Positions 51,601 to 61,300 of a DNA stretch of 64,000 nt are shown one piece after another (the stretch's first letter is position 1; each line of letters opens with the position of its first letter). The DNA is taken from NCBI GenBank assembly GCA_045863335.1, contig BTVY01000016.1:66024-130023 (forward strand). Direction: 5' to 3'. A model generated the notes under the pieces. The model worked only from the letters and a program-made list of their open reading frames with translations. It was not told the DNA's origin and ran no database searches. Origin of the DNA: Candidatus Hydrogenedentota bacterium. GTDB taxonomy: Bacteria > Hydrogenedentota > Hydrogenedentia > Hydrogenedentales > SLHB01. The translations under genes were made by a program, and so were the position numbers.

Positions 51601-51732
51601 TACACCGTCGTGGCCGAAGCCACCAGCGGCGCGCCCACGAGCCAAGACGAGCGCCTCGCGAATACGCGGGCCGCGATCCAGGTCATCAATATGGACGCCG
51701 TCGATACGGAGATCGAACTGGCCCTGCGGTGA
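48625..51732 (+). CDS. Second ECF sigma factor-TM-carboxypeptidase-regulatory-like repeat fusion
   Basis: DAEDIAQECFLKL, GWLHRLA, IAVELGIPRATAAGRVRRG, TM IAAGVLVAAIALTGIVVW, then repeated beta-sandwich modules. Confidence 0.88.
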   Translation: MSASEQHLLRQWIERRDPDAFAEIVRRHATMVYSTCCRVLGNASDAEDIAQECFLKLAQERRPIQSPGGWLHRLATHRSIDRIRSVSRRTKREQQFAEDHPESVEPAWDDIREMVDEAIAALPEKFQGPLVAHYFEGRTYDAIAVELGIPRATAAGRVRRGVEKIRKTLQKRGVPISAVGLAAALAQAPAEALPASLSAALVKIAVAGTAGGAGAGTVVAAGTGAMTLGKIAAGVLVAAIALTGIVVWSGSKPEPSPAQSSRVEQVARAQEPSPSSGNDEGLAAMLVNAFNANSSPTAGRTAVMGEGAVTGIVVDESGEPVEGASVSARSTPMSHEQVTSDADGQFAIEGLETSNHLYVQAALRRTGRTRESREQYSQISAPAGPLTLTREGIRDLELVLHTSGSIQGQLVDEAGKPVPEINVSASPKSCDLNHPSWSRTDANGQFTIRDCAEFTYLILAFPPGTDMISHDTALAEITLEPGEQRTGLKLTYQPYVDLKGRVVDAAGNPVAGARVHEVYQGQMAETGSDGVFELTVFAGKGTSPTLGVQHADYDHIRHLVPEGGLENIEIVLLPRLTLAGRVIDAQTQEPIREFEIMHLGGRVSALEFTRFFDRLEPVRDASGRFSMKMESPEYATIGVRADGYAPLVQGVDLLSHTGELILELSPGNHLEGTVRNANGDRVRGAKIYIGQFPYGYELADDEKVLVAKTNWMGSFSLDDAPAGEHLIYAWHPDYPPAWQRFNAPQSEPIDIVFSQGGTLKGTVTIGGQPAQSIINLFRGVPDMVGFDERSRPDGTYEMANLSPGVITVSVGVSSPDTGERMSFDKPATIRDGEVTVVDFDFPTPGAASVEGQIQIDGQPVTGGYISAALPGGSTKDTRVDAEGYYRLEQLPQGAIMLDIRASLGEGSCQRRDEVLVEGTGDVVHDVALQSGHALSVAVHGARPNEQVLVKIYAGALNAAPQPAYPVDRAFWPIGFARFDGVTYTFDSVEPGTYTVVAEATSGAPTSQDERLANTRAAIQVINMDAVDTEIELALR

Positions 51733-51807
51733 TCGCAGCCAGCGCATGTTGCCGAGATATCGTACGCGGGAACCGGGACCCGCGCGTGGTCGAACCTGAA
51801 CCGCAGT

Positions 51808-53658
51808 TTATAAATTCTCGGCAGCCTCGGAATCGTAATACGGTTGCACCTCCACGAAATTGATCATCAGTTCCTGCCCGGCGGGCCCACCCGGCTCGTC
51901 GGGCATGGCCCAGTCGGAAATGCGGAGCGTGGCCGAGTCGCCGGTGGCGCGGAACACGATGCGGTGGAGGTTGAACCAGGCGGGATTCTGGCCGTCGAAG
52001 GGCAGGTCAGACGGCGCGGCGTTGCGGCTGCTTACCTGGCCGACAAACGACTTCTCCGGGACTATGGCTGCGCCGTCGACGACGACCGACATGGGCAGTA
52101 GTTTTTCCTTCGATGCCCCGAGAGTGATGTCCTCGTAGTCCGCAGCCATCACCTTCACCGAGTACAATGCACCGGCCTTCAACCCGCGGATCGTCTGGCT
52201 CACGACATTCGCCCGGTCCGCCTGGCTGCGCATCCAGAGGAAGGTATTACCCGCCGGTTCGTCGGGAAACTCCGCGCGGTGCCAGTACCGCCCTTGCAAC
52301 CGGCCATACCGTTCCATGTAATCCGCGCGCATCGAATCAGGCGCGGCGGCAGAGACTTCCCAAGCCGAGAGACCATCTGCAAAGTCCGCATTCTCGATCA
52401 AACCCGGGATGTAGGAATAGCCCAGAGTTTCAGCAAGCAGTTCCGTCTTTCCTTCGATGGCATAGTGACGGAACAGCCGCGCCATCCAGCGCAGCGTCTC
52501 CTCGTCGGCGAAGCTCGAGTTCCACCAGTGCAATCCGAAGAGTCCTTCAAACTCCGGATGCGTCGCGAGGTACTGCATCTGCAGGTCCATCCAGACCTTG
52601 TAGTCCACTTCCGGTTGCACGTTCAGGCTCAGGCCATGGGTAAACAAACCGGACACGAGCACCATCTGCTTCTGACACTCGGGAAACGCGGCGCGCCACC
52701 TCGCCATCTCCTCACCGAGGTGCGAGTCGAGCAGCGTCCGGGCCTCCTCCAGCGTCGGCACCTCGTGGAGGTAACGCTCCCATGCCATGTAGTAACCCGC
52801 GTCGAATACCGTGCGCACAAGTTCCCGGGTCTGGGGCCGTGTGTACATTCCGGGTCCGCCGCAATAGCCGTAGAACGCCTTGCCCTCGAGCGCCGGGTCC
52901 TCGCCCAAGCGACGCATGGCCTCGGTCCACGCGGGGTACCACTTGTTCTGTCTTCCCTGGAATTCGTCGGCGATCAACCCCGACAGCCGCGGGTCTGTGA
53001 AGCCGGGATTCTTGCGCCAGTAGTCGAAGGATTGGTCCGCCGTCAGATTCTCCATATGCGGAAGGCTTCCGTAGGCGATCCACTTGCCTCCCGATTCCAC
53101 CCACGGCGCGATATGCGCATCCGACTCCTCCGTAGGCAGCCCCACGATGGTGTTCACCTGAGGCAAGACGTGGGCGCTTAAATACTCCCAATCGTAACGG
53201 CCGAATTGCTCCACGATCGGTTCCGCCGGAAACCGGCAATAGTGCAACTCCGGTATTGCGCGGACAACAATCGACCTTGGCCGCACGCCGCTTTCCGGCT
53301 CAACCTCCAGTTCGTAGTCGCCTGCGTGGAGATACACCATCACTTCCGGCAGGCTGCCGCGCGGGTGGTACCACCGCGACGCGCTTTCCCCCGTGAGAAA
53401 GCGAAACCCGTACTGGCCCTCCCCCGCGCTGAGGGATACGTAAACCCATCCGTTCCGGGGGGTCGAAAAGTCGAGCCGAATCGGTCGCTCGGACGGGCCA
53501 GGCTCCAGCACCTTCAATTGCTTGACCAGGTTGTTGCCGTGCGCCGGGGATTCCGCGTCGGCCGGAATCCCGGCCACTGCAAAAAGTAGCGTCAAAGCAC
53601 CGGCCCGGCAGCACGTTCTTTGCCACCCCTTTCCCGCCGATCTTCGTAGTTCTTGCAC
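51808..53658 (-). CDS. Hypothetical secreted protein (possible glycosidase-like barrel plus CBM-like C-terminus)
   Basis: Signal peptide; long ORF with host-like codon usage; ENADFADGLSAW resembles the start of a CBM4/9-like module. No family recognised. Confidence 0.65.
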   Translation of the reverse strand: MQELRRSAGKGWQRTCCRAGALTLLFAVAGIPADAESPAHGNNLVKQLKVLEPGPSERPIRLDFSTPRNGWVYVSLSAGEGQYGFRFLTGESASRWYHPRGSLPEVMVYLHAGDYELEVEPESGVRPRSIVVRAIPELHYCRFPAEPIVEQFGRYDWEYLSAHVLPQVNTIVGLPTEESDAHIAPWVESGGKWIAYGSLPHMENLTADQSFDYWRKNPGFTDPRLSGLIADEFQGRQNKWYPAWTEAMRRLGEDPALEGKAFYGYCGGPGMYTRPQTRELVRTVFDAGYYMAWERYLHEVPTLEEARTLLDSHLGEEMARWRAAFPECQKQMVLVSGLFTHGLSLNVQPEVDYKVWMDLQMQYLATHPEFEGLFGLHWWNSSFADEETLRWMARLFRHYAIEGKTELLAETLGYSYIPGLIENADFADGLSAWEVSAAAPDSMRADYMERYGRLQGRYWHRAEFPDEPAGNTFLWMRSQADRANVVSQTIRGLKAGALYSVKVMAADYEDITLGASKEKLLPMSVVVDGAAIVPEKSFVGQVSSRNAAPSDLPFDGQNPAWFNLHRIVFRATGDSATLRISDWAMPDEPGGPAGQELMINFVEVQPYYDSEAAENL

Positions 53659-53949
53659 CTTACTCCCCCTAAATTGATCGCCTAGAAGCGTCCCGCTTCA
53701 GGAAACGTGCTCGGGCAAACATACCGGGACAACACACGACGAGGCAAATTTCGGGCCGCGTACTCCGCAGGGATCTGCAACGGCCAAGCACTAAGTGTAG
53801 AGGGGTGAGAGCCTTAACGGTTGCACATGAAATGCGATTTTCATGAAAAATTGGTCAATAGGCAATATATTGTATCTGATATTTGAAATTCCCCTCCATC
53901 TGGTATAGGAGAATTCCTGACACCATTTGCCGGAGCGGGCGACAAATGT

Positions 53950-53965
53950 CGTGATCTTATTCACA
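53950..53965. promoter_or_regulatory. CRP/FNR-family-like binding site in an AT-rich divergent intergenic region
   Basis: CGTGA-TCTTAT-TCACA matches TGTGA-N6-TCACA at 9 of 10 positions. Confidence 0.45.
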
Positions 53966-54239
53966 AAACTGTTCGCAAGTGACAATTTTTGACGCAGTGA
54001 TTTTCGTGATTTACCGGGTGTTCCCTCCTCATTTCTGACCGGAATCCATGCGAGTTAGTGCGCGGCGTAGACAAGACCAAGGGTTACGTATACCCCGCTC
54101 ACGCCGAATACCCATAACAAAATATTGGCATGAGGGTTTCATATGCTCTTCTCGGCTGGCGACATTTAGAGGGGTCGCCACCCTGCGAAAGCGAACACGC
54201 AACGCAGAACGAGTTGAAAACGAGATGGGATGAGAGAAA

Positions 54240-57200
54240 ATGAACTATCGCAAAGCACACCAATATCTTATCGCCGCGCTGGTGCTTGCGGTAACAACCC
54301 CGGTTGGCCTTGCCGAGGCCTCGGGCGATGCTACCGATCCAGGTGCAGTTGGCGGCCAGAATGCTGTCGATTCGACCAATTTCGGATCGTCAACCTCCCG
54401 GAGTACGGCAGCAACAACAGTCCGGGTGTCTGACGAAATTCTCCAAGCCACGACCAAACGTCTGGGGGTCAACGTCGGCGGACCGGAGTCGTGGGGCGCG
54501 TCCCAGTACATGAAGAACATCCTGCCGAACCCCGGTTTTGAATCCGGCGAGTACGGCGTTATGTTCCACGTGGGACCCAATTCCACCGGTGGCCGGGTCG
54601 AGCAGGACTTCTGGTACACGGAATGGAACAACGATACCTATGGTATTGGACAACCGACCGGGTTCTGGACTGGCGCCGAGTTCGAAGTGGTCTTCGGACC
54701 CAGCAAAGGGCACAAAGGCACCGTTACGGGATTCACCCACGAAAACAACCGGTACACCTGGTACCTGTTCCCCGAAGTACCGACGCTGAATCAGTGGGAC
54801 GTCATCATTGCGCGGAAGAAGTTCGCCCACAGTTTCGGCACACCCAATCCCTCGCAGCAAGCCGATGTCAGCACGAAACGCCCCGGAAGCACCGGCGAGC
54901 AGTCGTTTCACGGCGTATTTCCGGTAGGCGCGGGTTGGGCGCCTCCCATCTACGCGGCCCATTTCGACTCCTACTGGCGCGATGGCGACACGTCGTCGGG
55001 AAAACTTCTGAAGGTTTCCGGGACGTGGAAGCTTAAGTTCTGGGCAAAGGGCAAGAAGAATGGGGACCAGATACGCGCCCGGTTCTATCGTGAAGGCGAG
55101 ATCGATTTCCTCAACCATACAATCCTGCTGTCCAATACGTGGCAGGAATACGAAGTCTTTGCAACCATTCCGGATTCGGCAGACAAGCTTGGCCCCTATG
55201 AAGATGGTGCGTATCACCCCATACTCAGCCTCACCTTCAGCATTCTCAATGAGGGTGGAGAGGTCTGGCTGGATGATTGCCAGTTGTACAAGGACGGTCA
55301 GACGAATCCGACGGCGTTCACCGATACCTTCGTGAACCGGCTCAAAGAGCTTCGCCCCGGCGTGCTGCGCGATTGGCGCATCCAATGCGGCGCTTCGCTC
55401 GACAACGAGTTGGCCGATCCCTTCGCGCGTAAGCTCACCGGGTTCCGCCCCAGTTCGCGCGCTTCCGATACCTATGGGTACTCCCTGCACGAATTCCTGG
55501 AACTCTGCAAGGAAGTCGGCGGCGAACCCTGGTACGTCATCGCACCGACCTTCTCCGAGGAGGACATGTCCAACCTCGCCGCGTATCTGGCGGCGCCCGT
55601 CAGTTCGGGTCACCCGTACGCGTTGCGCCGGCAGGCGCTTGGCCAGTCCGAACCCTGGACGACGGTTTTCCAGAAGATCCACCTGGAATACGGAAACGAG
55701 ATGTGGGGCACCGCCTCGGGCGGCGATCCCTTCTTTGGCGCATCGGCGCTCGGCGGCGTGCGGCTTGGTTCGATTTCTCACTTCCGGTTTGGATTTATCA
55801 CGAGCAGCCCCTACTTCGATGATGCGAAATTCGACCTGATTATCGGCGGCCAGTCCGCGTTTCCCGGTCGGCAAGGCGAAATCGAGGCCAACAGTTCCAA
55901 TCACGACAGCGTTGCGGTTGCCCCGTACTTCGGCATCCTCGATGAATGGCCGGACGACGCGGGCAAGTACTACCCCATGTTCCAACTGGCCCTGAACGGG
56001 TACAACGGCGTCGTTTCCCAGTCGCAGTCCTATCTGGACGCGGCCGGCCAGGGCACGGAACTGTCCATCTACGAGATCAACCTGCACACGACCCACGGCC
56101 CCGCGCCGAACGATATCCGTAATGAGTTCGTGGCGAGCCTGGGCGCGGGCCTTTCCCTGCCCCTGACCATGCTCTCGTACCAACGCGAATTGGGGATCAA
56201 CAACCAGTGCGCGTTTACCGCAGTCGGCTACTCCTTCAAGTTCGGGTACGGGTTGAACGACTATGTCCGCCTGTGGGGCATGATGCGCGACCTGGAAGCC
56301 ACCGGCCGCAAACGCCCGACCTGGCTTGGCGTCGAAGTGGCGAACAAGGCGATTCAGGGCAGCATGGTGACGACGGTTCACGAAGGCGAAACGCCTTCGG
56401 TTCCGCTTCCGGCTATCAACGGCGTCGCTACGGCGAGCACCCTTCCCGTGCTTCATTCCTTCGCGTACAAAGATGGCACGAACTACGGCCTGGTCCTGTT
56501 CAATCTCGACCTGGTGCAAAGCCACGACGTTACCTTGAGCCTTCCGAGTGAACCCGAAGGGGGCGCTACGGTGACGACCCTCACGGCCGCTGATATCGAC
56601 GCGACGAACGAAACGGCGTTGAACGTGACCACCACGGAATCGTTCATTGCGGACTTCGCCAGCTCGTACACGTTGACCCTGCCCAAGCACTCGATGACGA
56701 CCCTGACCTGGTCGGGCACCACCGGCATCAGCGTCACGCCGGACCCGGTTGAGTTCGATGACACCACCGTGCGCGGCAAGAGCAAAAAAGACCTGAACGT
56801 CAAAAACAACGGCAAGAAGAAGAGCGGCGTCATGTTGCTCGGCATCGTGCCGGTGTCAGGCGACGTCAACGACTTCCGCCTCTCGTCGGTACTGCCGGCC
56901 CAGCCGCTGGTATCCGGGCAGACCCTGGAACTCGAAGTCGAATTCACGCCGACCTCGTCAGGAAACAAGAAGGCCGTATTCGAAGTCATGTGTGACGACT
57001 CCGAAGTGCCCTGCATCTCAGTCGAACTCATGGGCCGCGCCCTCCCCGATGCGGACGGCGACGGCGAACCGGACTCCAGCGACGCGTTCCCGCACAATCC
57101 GAACGAGACGCAGGACGTGGACGGCGACGGTCTCGGCGACAACTTCGAGAACGCGATCATCCAGCACGCCCAGAATGACGGCAATCCGTTGAACGACTGG

Positions 57201-57401
57201 ATCATGACCCTGGCCGATGTGAACCCGAACGACGACTTCGACGGTGACGGCAGCACCAACCTGACCGAGTTCTTGTACAACGGCGATGCGACGGACCCGA
57301 GCAAGAGCGTTCCGCTCGGCGGCGCCTGGTTCCTAGTGTTGCTGCTGACGGTCATGGGCGTCCTCATGCGCCGCACCTATCAACACGTCTATGTGAAGTA
57401 A
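54240..57401 (+). CDS. Surface-anchored GH51/GH-A-like glycoside hydrolase with Ig-like domain, TSP3-like Ca-binding repeats and C-terminal sorting tail
   Basis: Signal peptide; LHEFLELCKEVGGEPW, LEYGNEMW, IYEINLH; DADGDGEPD..DAFP.NP.E..D.DGDG.GDN; tail VPLGG + TM + RR. Confidence 0.72.
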   Translation: MNYRKAHQYLIAALVLAVTTPVGLAEASGDATDPGAVGGQNAVDSTNFGSSTSRSTAATTVRVSDEILQATTKRLGVNVGGPESWGASQYMKNILPNPGFESGEYGVMFHVGPNSTGGRVEQDFWYTEWNNDTYGIGQPTGFWTGAEFEVVFGPSKGHKGTVTGFTHENNRYTWYLFPEVPTLNQWDVIIARKKFAHSFGTPNPSQQADVSTKRPGSTGEQSFHGVFPVGAGWAPPIYAAHFDSYWRDGDTSSGKLLKVSGTWKLKFWAKGKKNGDQIRARFYREGEIDFLNHTILLSNTWQEYEVFATIPDSADKLGPYEDGAYHPILSLTFSILNEGGEVWLDDCQLYKDGQTNPTAFTDTFVNRLKELRPGVLRDWRIQCGASLDNELADPFARKLTGFRPSSRASDTYGYSLHEFLELCKEVGGEPWYVIAPTFSEEDMSNLAAYLAAPVSSGHPYALRRQALGQSEPWTTVFQKIHLEYGNEMWGTASGGDPFFGASALGGVRLGSISHFRFGFITSSPYFDDAKFDLIIGGQSAFPGRQGEIEANSSNHDSVAVAPYFGILDEWPDDAGKYYPMFQLALNGYNGVVSQSQSYLDAAGQGTELSIYEINLHTTHGPAPNDIRNEFVASLGAGLSLPLTMLSYQRELGINNQCAFTAVGYSFKFGYGLNDYVRLWGMMRDLEATGRKRPTWLGVEVANKAIQGSMVTTVHEGETPSVPLPAINGVATASTLPVLHSFAYKDGTNYGLVLFNLDLVQSHDVTLSLPSEPEGGATVTTLTAADIDATNETALNVTTTESFIADFASSYTLTLPKHSMTTLTWSGTTGISVTPDPVEFDDTTVRGKSKKDLNVKNNGKKKSGVMLLGIVPVSGDVNDFRLSSVLPAQPLVSGQTLELEVEFTPTSSGNKKAVFEVMCDDSEVPCISVELMGRALPDADGDGEPDSSDAFPHNPNETQDVDGDGLGDNFENAIIQHAQNDGNPLNDWIMTLADVNPNDDFDGDGSTNLTEFLYNGDATDPSKSVPLGGAWFLVLLLTVMGVLMRRTYQHVYVK

Positions 57402-57424
57402 ACCCTTTTCTTGCACCAGCCTGA

Positions 57425-57468
57425 CCGGGGCGCGCGGCGCTATTCGCCGCGCGCCCCGGCTTGTTTTT
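57425..57468 (+). terminator. Rho-independent terminator
   Basis: 15-bp perfect stem CCGGGGCGCGCGGCG-ctatt-CGCCGCGCGCCCCGG followed by CTTGTTTTT. Confidence 0.88.
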
Positions 57469-57641
57469 GAGCCGCCTAGCATCGTCCCGAACCGAATCCC
57501 AACTCTGGTGTCAAACTCAATCAGGGCGTAAGCTGTTTCTAGAGGTCGATCAGGCCCGGTTCAGTTTTGTGGCTGAAACCTTTCGCCGTTTGGACGGATT
57601 AGCTTCTCAGGAATTGCCGACCTGGAAGGAAGACCTGCTGC

Positions 57642-58325
57642 ATGGGAAGACACGCGCTCCTCGGATTGTCATCGCTAGTTGTCGCGTTGGCCGGGTTGGC
57701 CAGCTACGCGCCGCCACCGCCCGGGCCTATCGGATGGGAAACCCGCATCACACCGGGATTTGACCCGCCCATCGAGTACGTGCTCGTCTACGAGATGTGG
57801 GGGCCGTCTCCCGTTGGAACGCTGGACGAACGGGTTGCGGGCTGGGGGGATGAGGCTGCCCCCGCGCTGATCGCACTGTACGAGGTCCCGGAATGGAAAG
57901 ACTGGCGCGGCCAGATCCTCACGATCCTGGACCGTTTCGAGAGCGCGGCCGTAATCACCTTCCTGCGGGACGAAGCTGCAAAGCACGCCGAACTTCCTGC
58001 GGACAAGGACCACCGCAACCACCTGTTGCCCCAGTTGCTCCGGCTACTCGGGAAGCGCGACGCCGCCGCGGCCGATGCCATCGTAAACGGCTTCCTCGGC
58101 GATCCCGACTCGCCCCGCATGGACACCGCAATCTCGTACCTCCTGGGCCGCGCAGGCCAACCCAGCGGCGAACCCTACCGGGCGAAGCTAGAGACGATCG
58201 CCGAGACCACCCCCACGCCGCGGATTGCGGAGTGGATTCATAAGGCCCTTACCCAGGACGCTTCGCAGATGCGCGCCAACGAACCCATGCGCCTCGTGCT
58301 GGAGCGGGAGGGCCAGGGACCATGA
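57642..58325 (+). CDS. Hypothetical exported alpha-helical (HEAT-like) protein
   Basis: Signal/TM segment, AAPALIALY-type helices, ATGA overlap with the next gene. Confidence 0.65.
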   Translation: MGRHALLGLSSLVVALAGLASYAPPPPGPIGWETRITPGFDPPIEYVLVYEMWGPSPVGTLDERVAGWGDEAAPALIALYEVPEWKDWRGQILTILDRFESAAVITFLRDEAAKHAELPADKDHRNHLLPQLLRLLGKRDAAAADAIVNGFLGDPDSPRMDTAISYLLGRAGQPSGEPYRAKLETIAETTPTPRIAEWIHKALTQDASQMRANEPMRLVLEREGQGP

Positions 58326-61300
58326 AGACGACCCTGACAAATGTGCATTTCCTCACCATCTTCGCTGTGGTCGCGGGTCTCGCTTCCGCCCAGCAGCTTG
58401 GTCCCATCACGTTGGTCGTCCAGGACGCCGAAGGCAATTCCGTCTCCGGCGCCGAAGTCCATTGCGTGAACTGGGACGGCGAAGTCCTTCGCGAAACGCC
58501 ACTGCAAGACGGTGAAAAGGGCGTGACCAGTCCGGACGGCAAGGTGACGTTTCAGGACAAAACCATCGGCCAGGTCTTCGTCCGCGTCATCGCCGGCGAA
58601 CTGGGCGGTTGGTACCGCGTCCACGATCGCGGCGAGCCAGCGGGGGTTATGTTGACCGTGGATACCGGCCACACCCTGCGTGGCACGGTCCGCGGCGTCG
58701 ACGGAGAACCCTTGGCAGACGTGCGGATTCTTGCCGACAGCTCATTGCCCGCGGGCAAGACGGACGAGGCGGGCCGCTTCGCAGTACCCAACGCCGGCGT
58801 CACCTATTCGCCGGAACTTGTGTTCGCCAAGGAAGGATATTCGCCCGAAGGGACTCACGTTCACTTCGATGCCAACGAAGTGACCATCATCCTGAAGCGC
58901 GCCGTGGACATACCGGTCCGGGTTGTCTATCCCGACGGCACGCCTGCCGAGAAGGCGCACGTGGGCGGGGGGGTACGATGGAGCCGAGCTTTGCATACTG
59001 ACTCGGACGGCCGAGCCACGATTACCGACGCGCCTGTGGGCGACAATATCGGCATCAGCGCGACTATCCGCCGCGACGACACGACGTACCGAGGATACCA
59101 GCGACGTTTCGTCGTTCCGCCGGAGGTACCGGAACTAATAACCTTGATCCTCGAGCCCGTCCGTTTCGGCACCATCAAGGGGCATGTCCTGAGCATGGAC
59201 TCCGGCGAGCCCGTTGTAGGGCGGGTATTCCTCGATACCTCCAACGAATTCTATTCGCCGCGTGAGAAAACGCACACCGACGAAGAGGGCCGGTTTACCT
59301 TCGAGAACATCTGGCCGGGTTCGTATTACCTCTTCGCGGCGCCCACAAGCCCCACGCTCTACCAAATCGGCGGTCCGCAACAGGTCCGGATTGAAGAAAA
59401 AGGCGGCGAAGTGCCCGTCGAAGTGCTCATTGACGAGGGCTGCGCGATCCGGGGCACTGTCCTGACCGCCGACGGCGAACCTGCGAAGCAGGCTCAAGTG
59501 ATGTGGCAGCCCATGCCTCATTACCGCGCCATTTGGACGGATGAGGTAGGACACTTCGCAATACCGCATTTGGACGGCGTTGGGCTGACGTACACGGTCG
59601 AGGTGACCGACCAATATCAGCGTGTCGCGAAGGCAGCCGTGGGGCCGATGGCGAAGGGACAAATCGTCAGCGACGTGGAACTGCGTCTACCCGCGGCGAT
59701 GAAGCCCGCCGTGCTGCGCGGGACCGTCGTCGATCCCTCGGGAGAACCCCTACCGAATATCCGCCTCCACTTCCTTTACGACGAGGGCGTCGAGCCGCGC
59801 AGCGTGTCCGCCACCACCAACGAAGACGGGCAATTCGAGATGGACGTCGTCAATTCCGGCGCCGTCAAGGTCAGCGCAAGCCGCGGCGTGCAAATAGAAC
59901 GTGACACCCATTACGACAACATTTCCGTTGCATGCGAGATCGTAGGGGCGGATACCGTCCAACTCAATGCGGAACGCGACGAGACATTGCAGTTCGTCGT
60001 CAAACCCCAGACGCTACGCATGTTCACAGGAAAAGTCGTCGACGCTGCCGGTCGCCCGATTCAAGCTCAGGTGCAACTACTCCATGGCGAATGGGATTCG
60101 GAAAGCGGAAACTTCGGAGGCGGCGAGGGCGAATTCACGTTTCGCAGGTTGCCGGAGGATGCGTACGTGTTGGAAGTCACAGCCCAAGGATACAAAGCGC
60201 GCGTGCTCAAGGCCGAGGAGTTGACGTACTCGCCGTCCCAGCCGTTAATCGTAACCCTCGACCCGGGCCCCTTCGCCGTTGGGGAGTCCGTGTGGGCCAC
60301 CGTGACGGGCACGCCGCCCACACCGGAGTCCGTCGCGCAATTTCCGCTGGCCGAGCGCATCCGCAAGAACGAATGGCACTACTACCGGAATGCGGAACCG
60401 CCGAAACCGCGGGATCCTTCCGCGGCTGCGTCTGCACATTCCTATCAAAAACAGCTTCGCGTACTCGACGCGGATGGCAATCCGGCAAAACGAGTCTACC
60501 TCGAATCGCTGCACTCGCTTCCGGTTCCCGAACAGCGGTTGTACGCCACGGATTCGAGCAGCCAAGCTCAGTCTATGGTCAGTGCGGATGGCACCTACGA
60601 ACTGCCGTTAGGGACCTATGGCGCGATTGTGTACACGCCGGTCTCGGGGCGCGTACTCGTGATGCCTGAGTGGTCCAATCAACCGGGTGAGACCACCGAT
60701 GTCGTGTTGCGGGAAGCCGCCTCGCTCGAACTACAGATCGCCTATCCAGGGAAGCAAGCCGCCGCTGGCGTCCCAGTCTACATCGGCAAAATGGCTTGGG
60801 ACCACGAGGCGAATGCGCAGGCCTTTCAGATTGGTGAAACGGGGCCGGACGGCGTGTTCCGGCTGGACCAGCTTGCGCCGGGATTCCATGGATTCGCCGT
60901 GGGCGCGATGGGCAGCACGATGCGAACGATCTTGGTCGACCTCGAACCGGCCGAGGCGCGTGTTGAAGCGTTCGCGTTGTCGCACGACGCCCACGCCGAT
61001 CCGCAGGTTCAACTGCAACGATGGCGGGAAAGCCTGCGCGACCAGGTTCGCCGAGATGGGTTGGCGGAGATTCTAAAGGAACAGGTGGGTTCCTTGAGCG
61101 CGAAGGAACGGCGCCAACTGGAACGCGCCGTGCTTGACGGGATCGCCGTGTTGCCCGGCACGATCGGGTGGCGCGGTTGGGAAGCGAACGAAATGCGGCT
61201 GTACGCGGCCCTCGTCTCGGGGTTGCAGGACCGGGATGCCGTTCCCCTGCTGAAGGAGCGTTTGGCGAACCTCCAATCGGGAGAAGACCGCGGAACGTTC

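Noticed and set aside
54390-56690. 766-aa minus-strand ORF (and similar long antisense ORFs at 5754-7013, 10272-11681, 12900-14453)
   Set aside because: Mirror frames of well-supported genes, expected from high-GC codon bias.
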